Assembly (NCBI RefSeq): GCF_009914755.1
Contig: NC_060925.1
Length of the DNA stretch: 64,000 nucleotides
Source: the human T2T-CHM13v2.0 reference genome, Homo sapiens
Strand: one strand, 5' to 3'
Part shown: piece by piece, positions 13,167-24,872 of the stretch
Layout: every line of letters starts with the position of its first letter
Position numbering within the stretch: position 1 is the first letter of the stretch
The notes under the pieces: generated by a model
Database searches by the model: none
Told to the model about the DNA's origin: nothing
What the model saw: only the letters and a program-made list of their open reading frames with translations
Translations under genes and position numbers: made by a program

Positions 13167-14540
13167 TAGTATACTGCTAACACATGGTAGGGCCACATAT
13201 GCTTCCTAATTAATTTTTTAATTACAGAACCAAAGAATTATTTTGGAAATAGTATTACCTGCAAGTTTTGCTTGCAATGGATAATACTGGTCTAGTAAAT
13301 ACCTGATGTGTTTGTTCAAATATTTGTGCCCTTATTTTTTATGTTTAATATATCACAGAAAAACAATGACCCTAGTTTAAAAGGGCAATTCGATATAGCT
13401 ATGATGGTAAAATTTCAGCTCTGGTAAAATAATTTTCTTATAAAGTCTTTTTAAATGACCCCTTCTCCAGTTTTAAATTCAAAAAAAGAAAAGCAGCATT
13501 ATAGTCAATTTCCTTAAGTATCAAGTAATCTGTATTTTGCAAAAATGATTATTGCAGAGAGAAATTTGAAAAAAGAATATTTCAGCGATCAAAGTCTCTC
13601 CGGGGACAGGTTAAAGAAACCGAAGATCATAACAGATGTTTTTAGCTATCTAGTTAGCTAGGGCTATGATGCAAATAATTGTTACTGCCATTATCTTTGA
13701 AACCAGATGTCTGATGTCCCCATGAGAGACAACAAAATAATAATGATAATGGTATAGATGATTTTCAAGCCTATTGCTGAGTTACAACTTAATATTTATT
13801 TTTGCCTGTATGACTGCTGACAGGCATGCCAAAATGTTGAGACCAGAAACACTTTTTTTCCTAAATTTTGCTGGAATATCATTTACAATTAAGACCTAAT
13901 TTATTATTAGTGATGGCTTTTACTGTCACAATATGCTAATAAGATTACAGAAATAGGAATAGAGAAACAAGAATCTCTCCAGAAAGTCTCTGTCAACTGA
14001 TTTGAGCATGAAAAACTGTTAAATTAATTGCATGACATGTTTATTCAAAATTTCCTCTGTGGAAGCAGCCTAGTGCCTGGCAGTATTTTTGTTACTCTAA
14101 TTTTTTGGTTAGGTTCAGAAAAAGAATGAGGTTTTTAGTGGAATTTCTTCAGAGGCTCAATTCATTTTGAACATGGCACACTGCCTCCTGTTTAGCAAGT
14201 TAACTGGCCTGAATTTAGCAGAGCATCTGCCAAAGGACAAAGGTTTCCAAAGGCATAAAGGCCTTTGGAAATGCATAACTGACAAAATACTATCAAATGA
14301 AGTCAATCAGAAGATGGACCTGCATTGTAAAGTTTGCAAATAATGCCTTTGTTAATTTTACATGATGTATTTAATTATAATTGAATGTCTGCAGATAAGT
14401 TTTTCTTTATTTCAAAATTGTAATTATTTTAAATACAGTAAGATTTAAAGGAAAGTAATAATGATAAAAAATCACCAACTAATCAACCCAATATGTAAGG
14501 CTATATATTTTTTTCTCTTTCTTTTCTTTTTCCTTTTTTT

Positions 14541-14881
14541 AGTGCAGACTGTCCACATCCACTTCTCTTGGATGTCTCTGGAGTCATGGGTTTGAGTACC
14601 CTATGTTCTCCTACAAATGGACCTTAAGAGCTTGCTTAGAGGATGTTCTAGCTGGGGACTATAGCTACAAATATACTCTTGACCAAAAAAAGTTCTACTG
14701 TATCAGGGAATGTTGTTCTCTTCCACCAAGCATGCAGCTTTGGGAGGGACACACATGGGGCAGTGAGGGAAGAAGGGAACAACTGCCTAGCCAACCAGTT
14801 TACTCGGCTAAATTAGCCAGCTGAATTAACCCTGGAGATTAATGGAGTGACAGATGTCACAGCCAGGTTGCCCTCATAGTC
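14541..14881 (-). pseudogene. RN7SK: Full-length processed 7SK snRNA pseudogene
   Basis: The reverse complement follows 7SK end to end (gagggcaacctggctgtgacatctgtcac...gtccctcccaaagctgc...aaggtccatttgtaggagaacatagggta...gactccaga...cagtctgc). T-rich tail at 14508-14540; TSD taaggcta(ta)yattt on both flanks. Confidence 0.95.
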
Positions 14882-16472
14882 ATAAGGCTACATTTAAAAA
14901 TGTTTCTTTTGCTTATATTTACATATGCTTATAAGTAAAAACAAGTAATTTCAAAAATTATTTTTAATTTTTTAAGTAAGAAAGATCAGAAGAGAATACC
15001 AGAAGTGGTATAGCAAATAAGTATGCCTTCTGGCTTTCTGTACATTTTAATTGATAATAATGAAAAATTCACAGTGTGAGAAATCAAACATATATGTAAA
15101 GATAGAAATTCAGAAGTTCCAGGAAACTTACAAATCATGTAATGAAAACTCCATATTATTCATAAATTTATAATACAATATATTGACAAATGAGTATTTC
15201 TGCCTCTTTTTGAACTCCTTCATTGATAGGGAACTCATTTTCTCTTTGGTTAATCCATTCTGTCTTTTGGTTACTCTGATTAGTGAAGCTTTTTTATGTA
15301 TATTATTTGTCACTTTTAGAAATAATTTTTGAAACATTTCTTCTACCTGAAAACAGTAACTCTTCTTATAGATATTCTTCACTATCAATTTTCAGATTTC
15401 ATCTAGTGATCATTAAAAGTGTCAGAAAATGAGTAAAATATATACCTGGAAAGAACATGTGGTTTAAAAATCTAGTTAGTGACAAAAAGCTAAGTCTCAC
15501 TTGCAGCCTGGGATTGTTTATCACATTTTGCAATTAAAAACTATATCAGTAATAAGTTATCATGCAAACAAGTAAACATTTTTTACCTTCCCTGCAATGT
15601 GATATGGCACCCACAGTATAGCCGAATAAGCATTAGATTGGTGCTCAAGAAACTGGACTTTAGTTCAGTTTCTGTCATTAATTTTGTTATTAGTCATTAG
15701 CCAAATATACGACTTTGGAAAAATAACTTTATTTATTTGAAGCTTGATTTACTTACTTAAAATGGGGGGATAGGCTACATAAACAACATTATTTTTATGA
15801 TAACAATAGGATGCTATTCTGGAAAAGTGATGCCTAATGATACTACCACAAATCATTTTAAAATGGAAATATCTGTTTTACTATAACACAGAATTCACTT
15901 TAAGGTGAGCAATTACAGCAAACTTCTTCATGAATATGTACTTTTTTTTTGAAGGGATCAATACGCTGTAATTGAAACTCAGTGATAGAAGAATGCTCTC
16001 TGTATACCTTAGAGTCAAATTTTATATAAGAATCAGATTCCACAGCAAGAACTCAATGATATTTAAGACCAAATATAACTGAGTATTAAGCACGATATGG
16101 TAGTCAAAATAGATATGTGAAGTCAGAACCCTTGGGTTATTTTCTCAGATCTGCCAGTTACCAAGCAAATTATCTTGAGTCTCTTATACTCATGTCTTAA
16201 AAATGGAAGAAATTTTAAAATGTTGAAAGGAAAAATGGAAATATTCAGTTCATAATAATGTGTTACCTAATTATTTCAAAGAACCCAAGGGAATTTTGCC
16301 TTTTATTAGAAGAGCCCTATCTAAATAAACTTATCTTGCCAGTTATAAAAATAAATATTCACCAACTAATTACAGATTTATATAATACACACAAATCCCT
16401 CATACATATCTGAAATGTATATATCTTCCTCTATATATTATATTATTCTGCTACGTTACTGTAAAATACATA

Positions 16473-16845
16473 CAAATGCTCCTTCACTTACAATGGGGGT
16501 ATATCCCAATAAACTCATTATAAGTTGAAAATACTTTAAATCAAAAGTGCATTTAATACACCTAACCTACTGAGAGCATCATAGCTTAGTCTAGTCTGCC
16601 TTAAACACACTCAGAACACTTTTGTTAGCCTACAGTTGGGCAAAATCATCTGGCAACACAGTGCGCTGTAGAGTATTGTTGTTTACCTGCTTGATTGCGC
16701 GGCTGAGTGGGAGCTGCACCTCTTCTGCAGCTGTTTAGCATCAGGAGAGAGTATGGTACCACTTTCAGCTGAATGCATATAGCTTTCACACTGTCATAAA
16801 CATTAAAAACCATAACTTGAACCATCATAAGTCACGTGCCATCTG
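16473..16845. mobile_element. MER47A-like Tigger-family DNA transposon
   Basis: Ends caaatgctccttcacttacaatgg and aaccatcataagtcacgtgccatctg; TA on both sides; internal catcatagcttagtctag...tacagttgggcaaaatcatc. Confidence 0.88.
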
Positions 16846-19589
16846 TATACATGTAACTCTATTCTGTGTCACATATATTCAAATTAAATAATATAAATAC
16901 TAAAATGCATCTGACAACAAAACATCCTTTTCACTAATAGTTTTTTAATGGAAATATGTGCTTAGCATGATAGATGAAAGTCAGCTCAGCTTAAGAAAGC
17001 CCTGAAAGGATAGAAAGTGAAAATAACTCATTATGTGCCTATTTGGATGAGTAGGTGGGAGAGGGGGTGTCTGTGCCTCCATGATAAGGCTGTTGGGTCT
17101 GTATCTGATGCCTGTTGCTCAGTCATGCTATCGCTTCTCTAAAACATGTATACACATTGCCTCAAGCTATATAAGGTATTTTGATACTTTATTCTTAAAT
17201 GTATTTAAGCATTAAAAAAAAAAAAAAACTTCTGGCAGCTGTTGTCAGGCTGGTACAAAGTTTCTCAGGAGTCTCCAAGAAATGAAGTAGTTAATTTGAT
17301 AAAAATCTGTTCTGAGAGTATTTTAATATATTTATACATCCTAATTTAACTCCCAAACCACACGAAATAAAACCTCAGTGCTTTTTTCCCATAAGACATG
17401 AACATATAATATTTTAAAAGATACAGTGATGTTATAGCTTCTTCAATTAGGAAACATCTTGATTCTAATAATGTTAGAGAGAAAAGCTCTGTCTGTTGGA
17501 TATTTTCGAAACTAATTTATACTCAATTAAGAACTTTATTTTTAATCTAGAGAACCATTCAAATCAGTAATTAGAAAGCATGGCTGGAAAAAAAAGCCCA
17601 CTTGCATGTTGCTGTGAGAATAACAAGAAAGAAATGAACCATTTTTTTTTTTCCACCTGGGTTTCATCTCTTTCTGCCTACTGAACAGGAATGAGCCATC
17701 GGTATCTGCTAATACATGTAATGCTAGAACACTTAAATAAGAAAAACAAAGTTGTTGTTTGCCAATTTAAAATAAGAAAAATCTATTATATTATGAAGGC
17801 TATGCAAAATATGTTTCTTATGAATATTCTTTTCAATCACAATTTATCTATATGGGAAAATAAAGCAAACATCATATTCAGTACATTTGGCTCCTCAAAA
17901 AGGAGGAAGTAATTCTTTCAGGGTAAAAGACTCTCAGTCCTTCCATTTAGAATCCTCTGAAAGACATACACACCCAGAGTTGGAACCACTGTATTTATTG
18001 AAATTTAGCTTAAGTACCATACTTTGCATTTTTTGTTCAAATTATCCATATTTTATAGGCTATTTCTCATTTTTCACAAGACTTTCACTATAGAAGAGAG
18101 TCATTAACAATAAGGTTTTTCTTCAAAGTAATAAAAAAGTTGGAAGACTCTCCAATTGTAGTTGCTTATTCTCTGATGTCAGCCCTCTGATACTTGATGT
18201 AATTTGCTTGTCGTTAAATAGCTAAAGCCAAATCAATAATGTAGCTTCTCCTGCTAAACATGTATGTTCTTGTTGAGCTAAAACTGTTAAGAAAGAGTCA
18301 TATTGTTGTGTTGTGAAATTTCATCTTCAAGTTTTATTACAAGAGATAAACTCGAAGCAAAATAGACCACAAATACTGTAAAAATACGGGTGACAGAATA
18401 AGGAGGTAAAACTTGATCTATATTCAATAATGAATTGTGAAGACAAGCTATAAATAAGGTATTCGTGGCTGACATGTTCACTGAAATAATTAATAAAAAT
18501 TTTCTAGTTAAAGTCAACCTGTAATCACCAAAGGCACTTCACTGCATTAAGATAAAACTAAAATAAACATATATTAAGGGTGCTGCCATCTATTATACAA
18601 ATATACATGATTTTGTGAGTGATAAAAATATTAAGGCTTAGGACTTACTATTAAAAAATCATTAATAATGTTTCTGGATTTCTTGTGAACATAAATTTTT
18701 CAGGTTTTCTGTAGTAGCTCGGATTTAGACTGCTTCTAAGTTGTTGCATGTGGCTTAAGTGCAAAGTAGTTAAGAAATGCGATGTTTTTATGCAGTCATG
18801 CCCATAGCACATGTGACCAGAAAGTCTGTTATTCTCATTTACATAATATTCTAAGCCTGTCTAAACAAATTTTAAAAATAAAATAAAATAAAAATCTCAA
18901 GTTGGACAATTGTCCTATCATCATCTCAGTGTAATGGAATCTTTTGGATTAGAAATATATTTGGTTTAATTTAAATGTGTCAATGAATCAAATATAGCTC
19001 TTGAATATAGTCCATAACACTGAGGGCACAATGATCTGACGTTCACACTTCTCTTTCTTTTGATTTCCTTTTGGTGTTCTCAAGTGTTTTACTGGAATGA
19101 TTAACTGGAGTGATCTATGCAGATTACATATGTGTGTGCATGTATGTATTCTACTAAAGTTGTTTTGGTTTAAATTTCTTGGTTCTTTCTAGCATAGGCA
19201 AGAGGTAAAGAGGCTTTTAAATATTGGAAACCATTTAACATCTAGTCAACTAGATTTTCAGCTGTCGTGCTCCATTATACATTCATAGAAAGGATTCATT
19301 TTTTTCTATCTGTACTTCATCAATAATGACCAAAAATACTGAGGTTTTTTTTTTTTTTTTGCTTTGATTGGGGTTATTAACCTTTAATACAGGTAAGTCA
19401 AAGGTGGTGTAGCTTCACATTGGTACCCCAAAAAAGACTGCTTTTAGTTTTATCAGAAATAACTTGTTTTCTTGTGTAAAAGCTAAATGATCAAAACAGA
19501 GTAACAGAGGCAGCTGTGCAAGAGTTCTGTGTTGTTGTGTAATAAATTTCTATGTTGTGTAATGAATCTCTTATTTTATAATAAAAAGT

Positions 19590-19828
19590 ATAAATAGTTA
19601 TCAAATGCTCACAGTATTTCAGGTACTGTTTTAAGTCCTTTGGAAATTTTCTATAATTAAAATTTACAATAATCTTTCGAGATAGCAACTATGATTATTC
19701 CAACTTTTAAAAAATTGAAGTTTAGAGAGGATAAACAATTGCCCATGGCCAGGTAGCTACTAAGGTACAGTTCCAAGATTCAAACATACAGCTTGACTCC
19801 AGAGTCTATGCTTTTAATCAATACTTAA
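19590..19828 (-). mobile_element. MIR SINE
   Basis: ttgcccatggccaggtagcta...aagattcaaac...tgactccagagtctatgcttttaatca. Confidence 0.8.
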
Positions 19829-20491
19829 AACTGTCTTGATGTAGATTCTGATGGGATATTCAGCTATTTCTCCTCAGAGTTGTATATGTGGTAATAGTAT
19901 CTGAAAAACTTGGATTCTTTTAAATGTAAGGAAAATGATTAATAATTAAACAGCAAAATTACATTATAGGTAAACCATGTGTAGGTTTATAAATAGATTT
20001 TAAGTAATTAAGGCATATATAGGAGTACACAAAAAATGTTTTGCTTATTCTCTATTTCTGCCACATTAAAAATCTTGTGTCATGCGAGAATGAATGTCAG
20101 GCCTGAATGAGGTTGTCATTAGTACCATCCTTTCTTTGATTTCAGGCTTGTGTAGTGGACTGGTCTGAAAAAGTGCTTTGCCTCCAGGGATTTCCTCCAC
20201 ACTTGTTAAATTGAATCCCTGGCAGTCAAAATGTTCTGTCCTTACTGCAGATGCTGTTATTCTGTTGCCTTTACTTTAGAATCTTCTGTTTCCATCTCTT
20301 TGCATTTTCATAATAATATAGACGAGTTGAGGATTCTGAATTTTGTTTAGGCGGAAAACCCTAAACTTTTCTTTTTATTTATTTATTTATATTTTGCACA
20401 ATGTATTGCAGCAATCTGGGCTCAATTTCTCTGTTCCATGTTTCTTGCCATTTTACTTTTTACTGTTCCCCCTCTATATATTAAATTTCGT

Positions 20492-20806
20492 GGCCGGGCC
20501 CAGTGGCTCACAGCTGTAATCCCAGCACTTTGGGAGGCCGAGGCGGGGGGATCACGAGGTCAGGAGATCGAGACCATCCTGGCTAACACGGTGAAAGCCC
20601 GTCTCTAGTAAAAATACAAAAAAATTAGCTGGGCGTGCTGGTGAGTGGCTGTAGTTCCAGCTGCTTGGGAGGCTGAGGCAGGAGAATGGCGTGAACCCGG
20701 GAGGCGGAGCTTGCAGTGAGCCCAGATCGTGCCACTTAACACTCTAGCCTGGGCGACAGAGCGAGACTCCGTCTCAATAAATAGATAGATAATTAATTAA
20801 TTAATT
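20492..20806 (+). mobile_element. AluY with tail converted to (TAGA)/(TAAT)n
   Basis: gatcacgaggtcaggagatcgagaccatcctggctaacacgg; many CpGs retained; TSD-like aatttcg on both sides. Confidence 0.96.
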
Positions 20807-22539
20807 AATTTCGCATTGATTTCTCACATTGTTCTTTATTATGGGCCTCCTGTTCACTAATAATAGTTCACAGACCTCTTTGACACTGTTCACTTTAAGG
20901 AAGGTGCTGTGCCACAAACGTTGGCCCGATTTAGGGGCATTTGATCAATGCTCATTCCTAGGATTCTGGTCTTTGTGACTCACTCAACAACTCCTGGGTG
21001 CTGAACTGAGCCCGGCCCTGCGCCTATGTTAACTTCACCAGCCTAAGAAGGTTGGGGAATGGACAGCTTGTACCAGCTCTCTCAAAAAAGCTAAAGTGAA
21101 CATTCTATTGTACAATCCAGTCTTTTATGCACTCTCTTTGTACTTTCACTGTCTAGAAGAATTAAAAATTGCCTTTTCTTGATATTGGAGTAATAAAATG
21201 AAGAAGTAGCCATAGATTTAGAAGGAATAGGGTCTAAGCAGGTTGTTTATATTTTGCTTTCTTTGTATTTCTGAATTTGGCTGCTCTAACCCAGACAAAA
21301 GAAAATTTGCATATGGTCCAGCATAGCTCACTCACATTCTATTCTGATAATTGAAAAAAGAAAAAAAAAATCTAATAATTAAAAAAGGACTTTATGCCAT
21401 GCATTTTTATCCCTGATAATATATTTCTGAAGGATAAGTTCTAGGAGATTCCGTGCTTTTCGCAAAAGTCCATATGTTATGATATTTTCATCTATTTGAC
21501 GACACTTCAGCATCAAGAATTCAACATACATGTGTTAATTAATTTAAACAATATTAAACTAATCAGTTATTCTAGACAGAAACACAAATTCCAGGACTAA
21601 TCAGAAAGGCTATATTCTGACATTGCCCGAATCTCTAAACAACCACATGGTTTTGCAAATTTTCATATTGCAGGTCTTAATTAAGTTTTCAGCAGTAAAA
21701 ATGGTGTTTTCTTCTGAGCATGGTAGATATTAAATGTGAAGGCTCATTTGTGAAAGCACAGGTATTTAAGATTGTGATTTGGCTAAAATACTATAGAAGT
21801 ATACTTGATCCTCGAATGACCAAGGCATAAAAATTGAAGGGCTCTATTAACCTTTATTCTTAAAAATGGCACCCAAGTCTTCATTTCAGGCCATCATGAG
21901 TCCAGTTATGTAAAGCAGAATTTCTGGTTGCCAGATGTCAACTATAAAGATGAATAAATACTGTTTCTGGAATATCATCACAACAGTCATGTGTAAACCT
22001 CATAGTGTAAAGTAATGGCTGGTGCATTGAAAAGGGCAGAAAGCTAGTTCTTCATCAAACTTATCAAACAGGTTAAATAAAGCATTTTGAAATTGCTGGG
22101 TAATAAATATTTGTTTAATAAATGTGTGTATGTAGGCAGAATTTGGGCTGAGACTCATTTTTATGACATGCTAGTGGTAAATCTAAGGAACAATAACTAA
22201 ACCTCATCCCCCTTAAGATTTTCGAACATACCATTACTACCAAAATATTCAGAGTTATTATGCATACTCAGATTGGCTTGAGTCAGGTAGCAATTTTGTC
22301 CATACTCCATCCTTGTCCTGAGCATTTCATCCATACACTTTCTTACTTACTCTTTTTTACTTACAGCTTTTCTCTTCACTGTTGTCATTCTGTGATCATT
22401 TTAAACATGCTTCTGTATAATATTTAGGAAGGAAAAGTATTCATTTTTCTATTGAAAAGCCTACCTTCCTTTCTTTCTAGTACCTTTTTGAAATTTTTCA
22501 CTTGATCTTTCCATTTCTTTACCTCCATGCCATTTTGAA

Positions 22540-22795
22540 TGCCGAACTTCTCTGAAACATTCTCAGATCTCCACATGCCTCTTTATTAGTTAAGCCAATG
22601 AACACTTGTAGCATTTTTTACTTTTTCTCTCATTTGGCCTCTTGGCAGCATTTGGCACAATTGACCTTTCCCCTCTTCAGGCATCATGACACTCCTCTTC
22701 CTCATTCAAGCCTTTCATTTTTGATCAGTAATTTTCAGTATTCATTGAGGACTCATTTTCTTCTGCCCAGCTTTTAAATATTGATATTCCCTGAA
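22540..22795 (+). mobile_element. L2 ORF2 (RT region) relic
   Basis: tggcctcttggcagcatttggcacaattgacc resembles the L2 DLSAAFDTVDH coding segment. Confidence 0.7.
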
Positions 22796-24043
22796 TAAAC
22801 AATAAGCCAAGCATTATGTTTACTGAGACATGTTAATGCTCTTCCACACAGTAATGAAATGCATGCTGTGGTGTGCTTGCTTACCTTCAGCCTTCTGTTG
22901 GCTGTTTATCTGCAGGGGAGTGAAAGTTCTGCTCTGCTAGGGCACTGTGAAGCCATGACCTCCTCTCTAGTTCTTATTTCAAGCAAATAATTAAATGGAT
23001 TTCTGCCCTGATTATTTCTAAAATTTTTTTATGTAAGTACAGAAAAAAAAAAGACTATAAATCTTAGCATTCACTACAACTTAGTGAGTGCTGTGACTTT
23101 GCTTTGAAGACAAGGCTGAAACTGACCTATTTCATCAAAACAACAACAGTTTTATAATTTAGCACTAGAAAGATTTAGGGCCCTGACTCTCAGAAAGTTG
23201 AGGGGTCACTCTGAGGAATGGGTGGAAAGAAACACGACAGAGTTGACAAATAGTATAATTTGAGTGACTACCCAATGATTCCCATGAACTAAGTCTTTTA
23301 GAGGAAACAGTAATAACAGGAAAAATGAGGAAGGGTTTATAATTTGCAAAACGTGATCACGTGATTCTAAATTACTGATTTTCCAAAATTGTCTGAAATT
23401 GAGAAATCAAAGAGGGCATTTTACTCATTTATAAACTAATATTGCATGGGTTTTGCTTTCATATTTGGAAAATGAAAACAGTACTAACAGAGACACAATA
23501 ACAGTATGTTATTCAAGAAATTATAATATTTTGATTGTCATAGATATAATATTTAAGTAAGTTTTTAAAATCTGTGATTATATTAATTTACAATTTACGT
23601 AAAGTGTGTGGAAGGTATTCTAATATTGGATATAATATTAAATGGTATTGAATCCATGTTATATTAATTATTTTTATTTAATTCAAATTAGAAATTATCT
23701 TATAATTTGCCATAATTCCTTCTATAACCATTGTTAATACAGAGATTTTATATGTAATATTGTATATATAAAACATATCATGTAATATATTCACAATAAT
23801 TCACAAATTTATCTTTGTGGCCCTAATATCTCTATTCCCATTGGTAACGGTCTACTGAAAATTTCTCCAAAAGTTATTCTGTACAATCAGAAAATCCCCA
23901 GTAATAACACTGTTCATTCTCTTTCCTAATACATCTTTTACTTCTCCTGTGTTACACCTCTCAGGAAATGGCAAATTTGTAAACTGGAAACCTGAGAGTC
24001 ATTGACTTTTCCTTTCCCTCAGCTTCCATATTCAGAAGGTAAT

Positions 24044-24389
24044 TGTCTTAGTCGGCTCTGGCTGCCATGGCAAAATACCATTAAAAAATAAAGAACAGAA
24101 ATGTATTTTCTCACAATTCTGAATGCTGTGAAGTCCCAAATCAAGGTGCTGGCTGATTTAATTCCTGATGAGGTCTCTCTTACTGACTTTCAGACTGCCA
24201 CCTTCTTGCTGTGTCTTCATGTGACGGAGAGAGAGTAAGCTGTGGTGTCTCTTTTTCTTCTCATAAAGGCACCAGCTCTGTCAGACTAGGGCCTCACCCT
24301 TATGACCTCATTTAACTTTTATCACCTCTTGACAGGCCAAATAATCACTTTCAGGTTTAAGGTTTCAAAGTATAAATTTGTCTGTAACA
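24044..24389 (-). mobile_element. MLT1A-type MaLR solo LTR
   Basis: tgtcttagtc...aacagaaatgtattttctcacaattctg...aaatcaaggtgctggctgatt...cccttatgacctcatttaac...taaca. Confidence 0.85.
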
Positions 24390-24629
24390 ATTATGTAGAT
24401 TTCTAAATTCTACCTATGTATTATCTCTTACTCTGTTCATTCTTTTATTTCAAGTCCTTATTATTTCTCTAATTCATTGTATCAGTAACCTATTAACCAC
24501 CTTCCACTGATACCTTATTTTATGCCATTAATTTACCCTCCATCAATACGTGATCTACCACCTAAGTGATGTTTCTAAAAGACAAATCTGATATGTCATG
24601 TCCCTTCTTGGGAAGCAATTAAGGGAATT

Positions 24630-24872
24630 AATAATGTGAAGGCTCTGGAGTAAGAGTCTGTGATCTTGGCTCTACCACTTATTAGCTCTGTGGCCTTGGC
24701 AAGTTAATTGCTTAACCTCTCCAAGTCTTGGTTCACTTCTTTTTAGCATAAGGATCATCATTGCGCCTATCTCATAAGGTTAATATGAGGATTAAATGAA
24801 AGAAAATGCATGGAAGACATTACAGTATTGTTCATATAGGACACTGTCAATACAGGAAGCTTATTATTATTA
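24630..24872 (+). mobile_element. MIR SINE nested in L2
   Basis: ggctctggag...ggctctaccacttattagctctgtggccttggcaag...gaggattaaatga...ttattattat. Confidence 0.85.
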
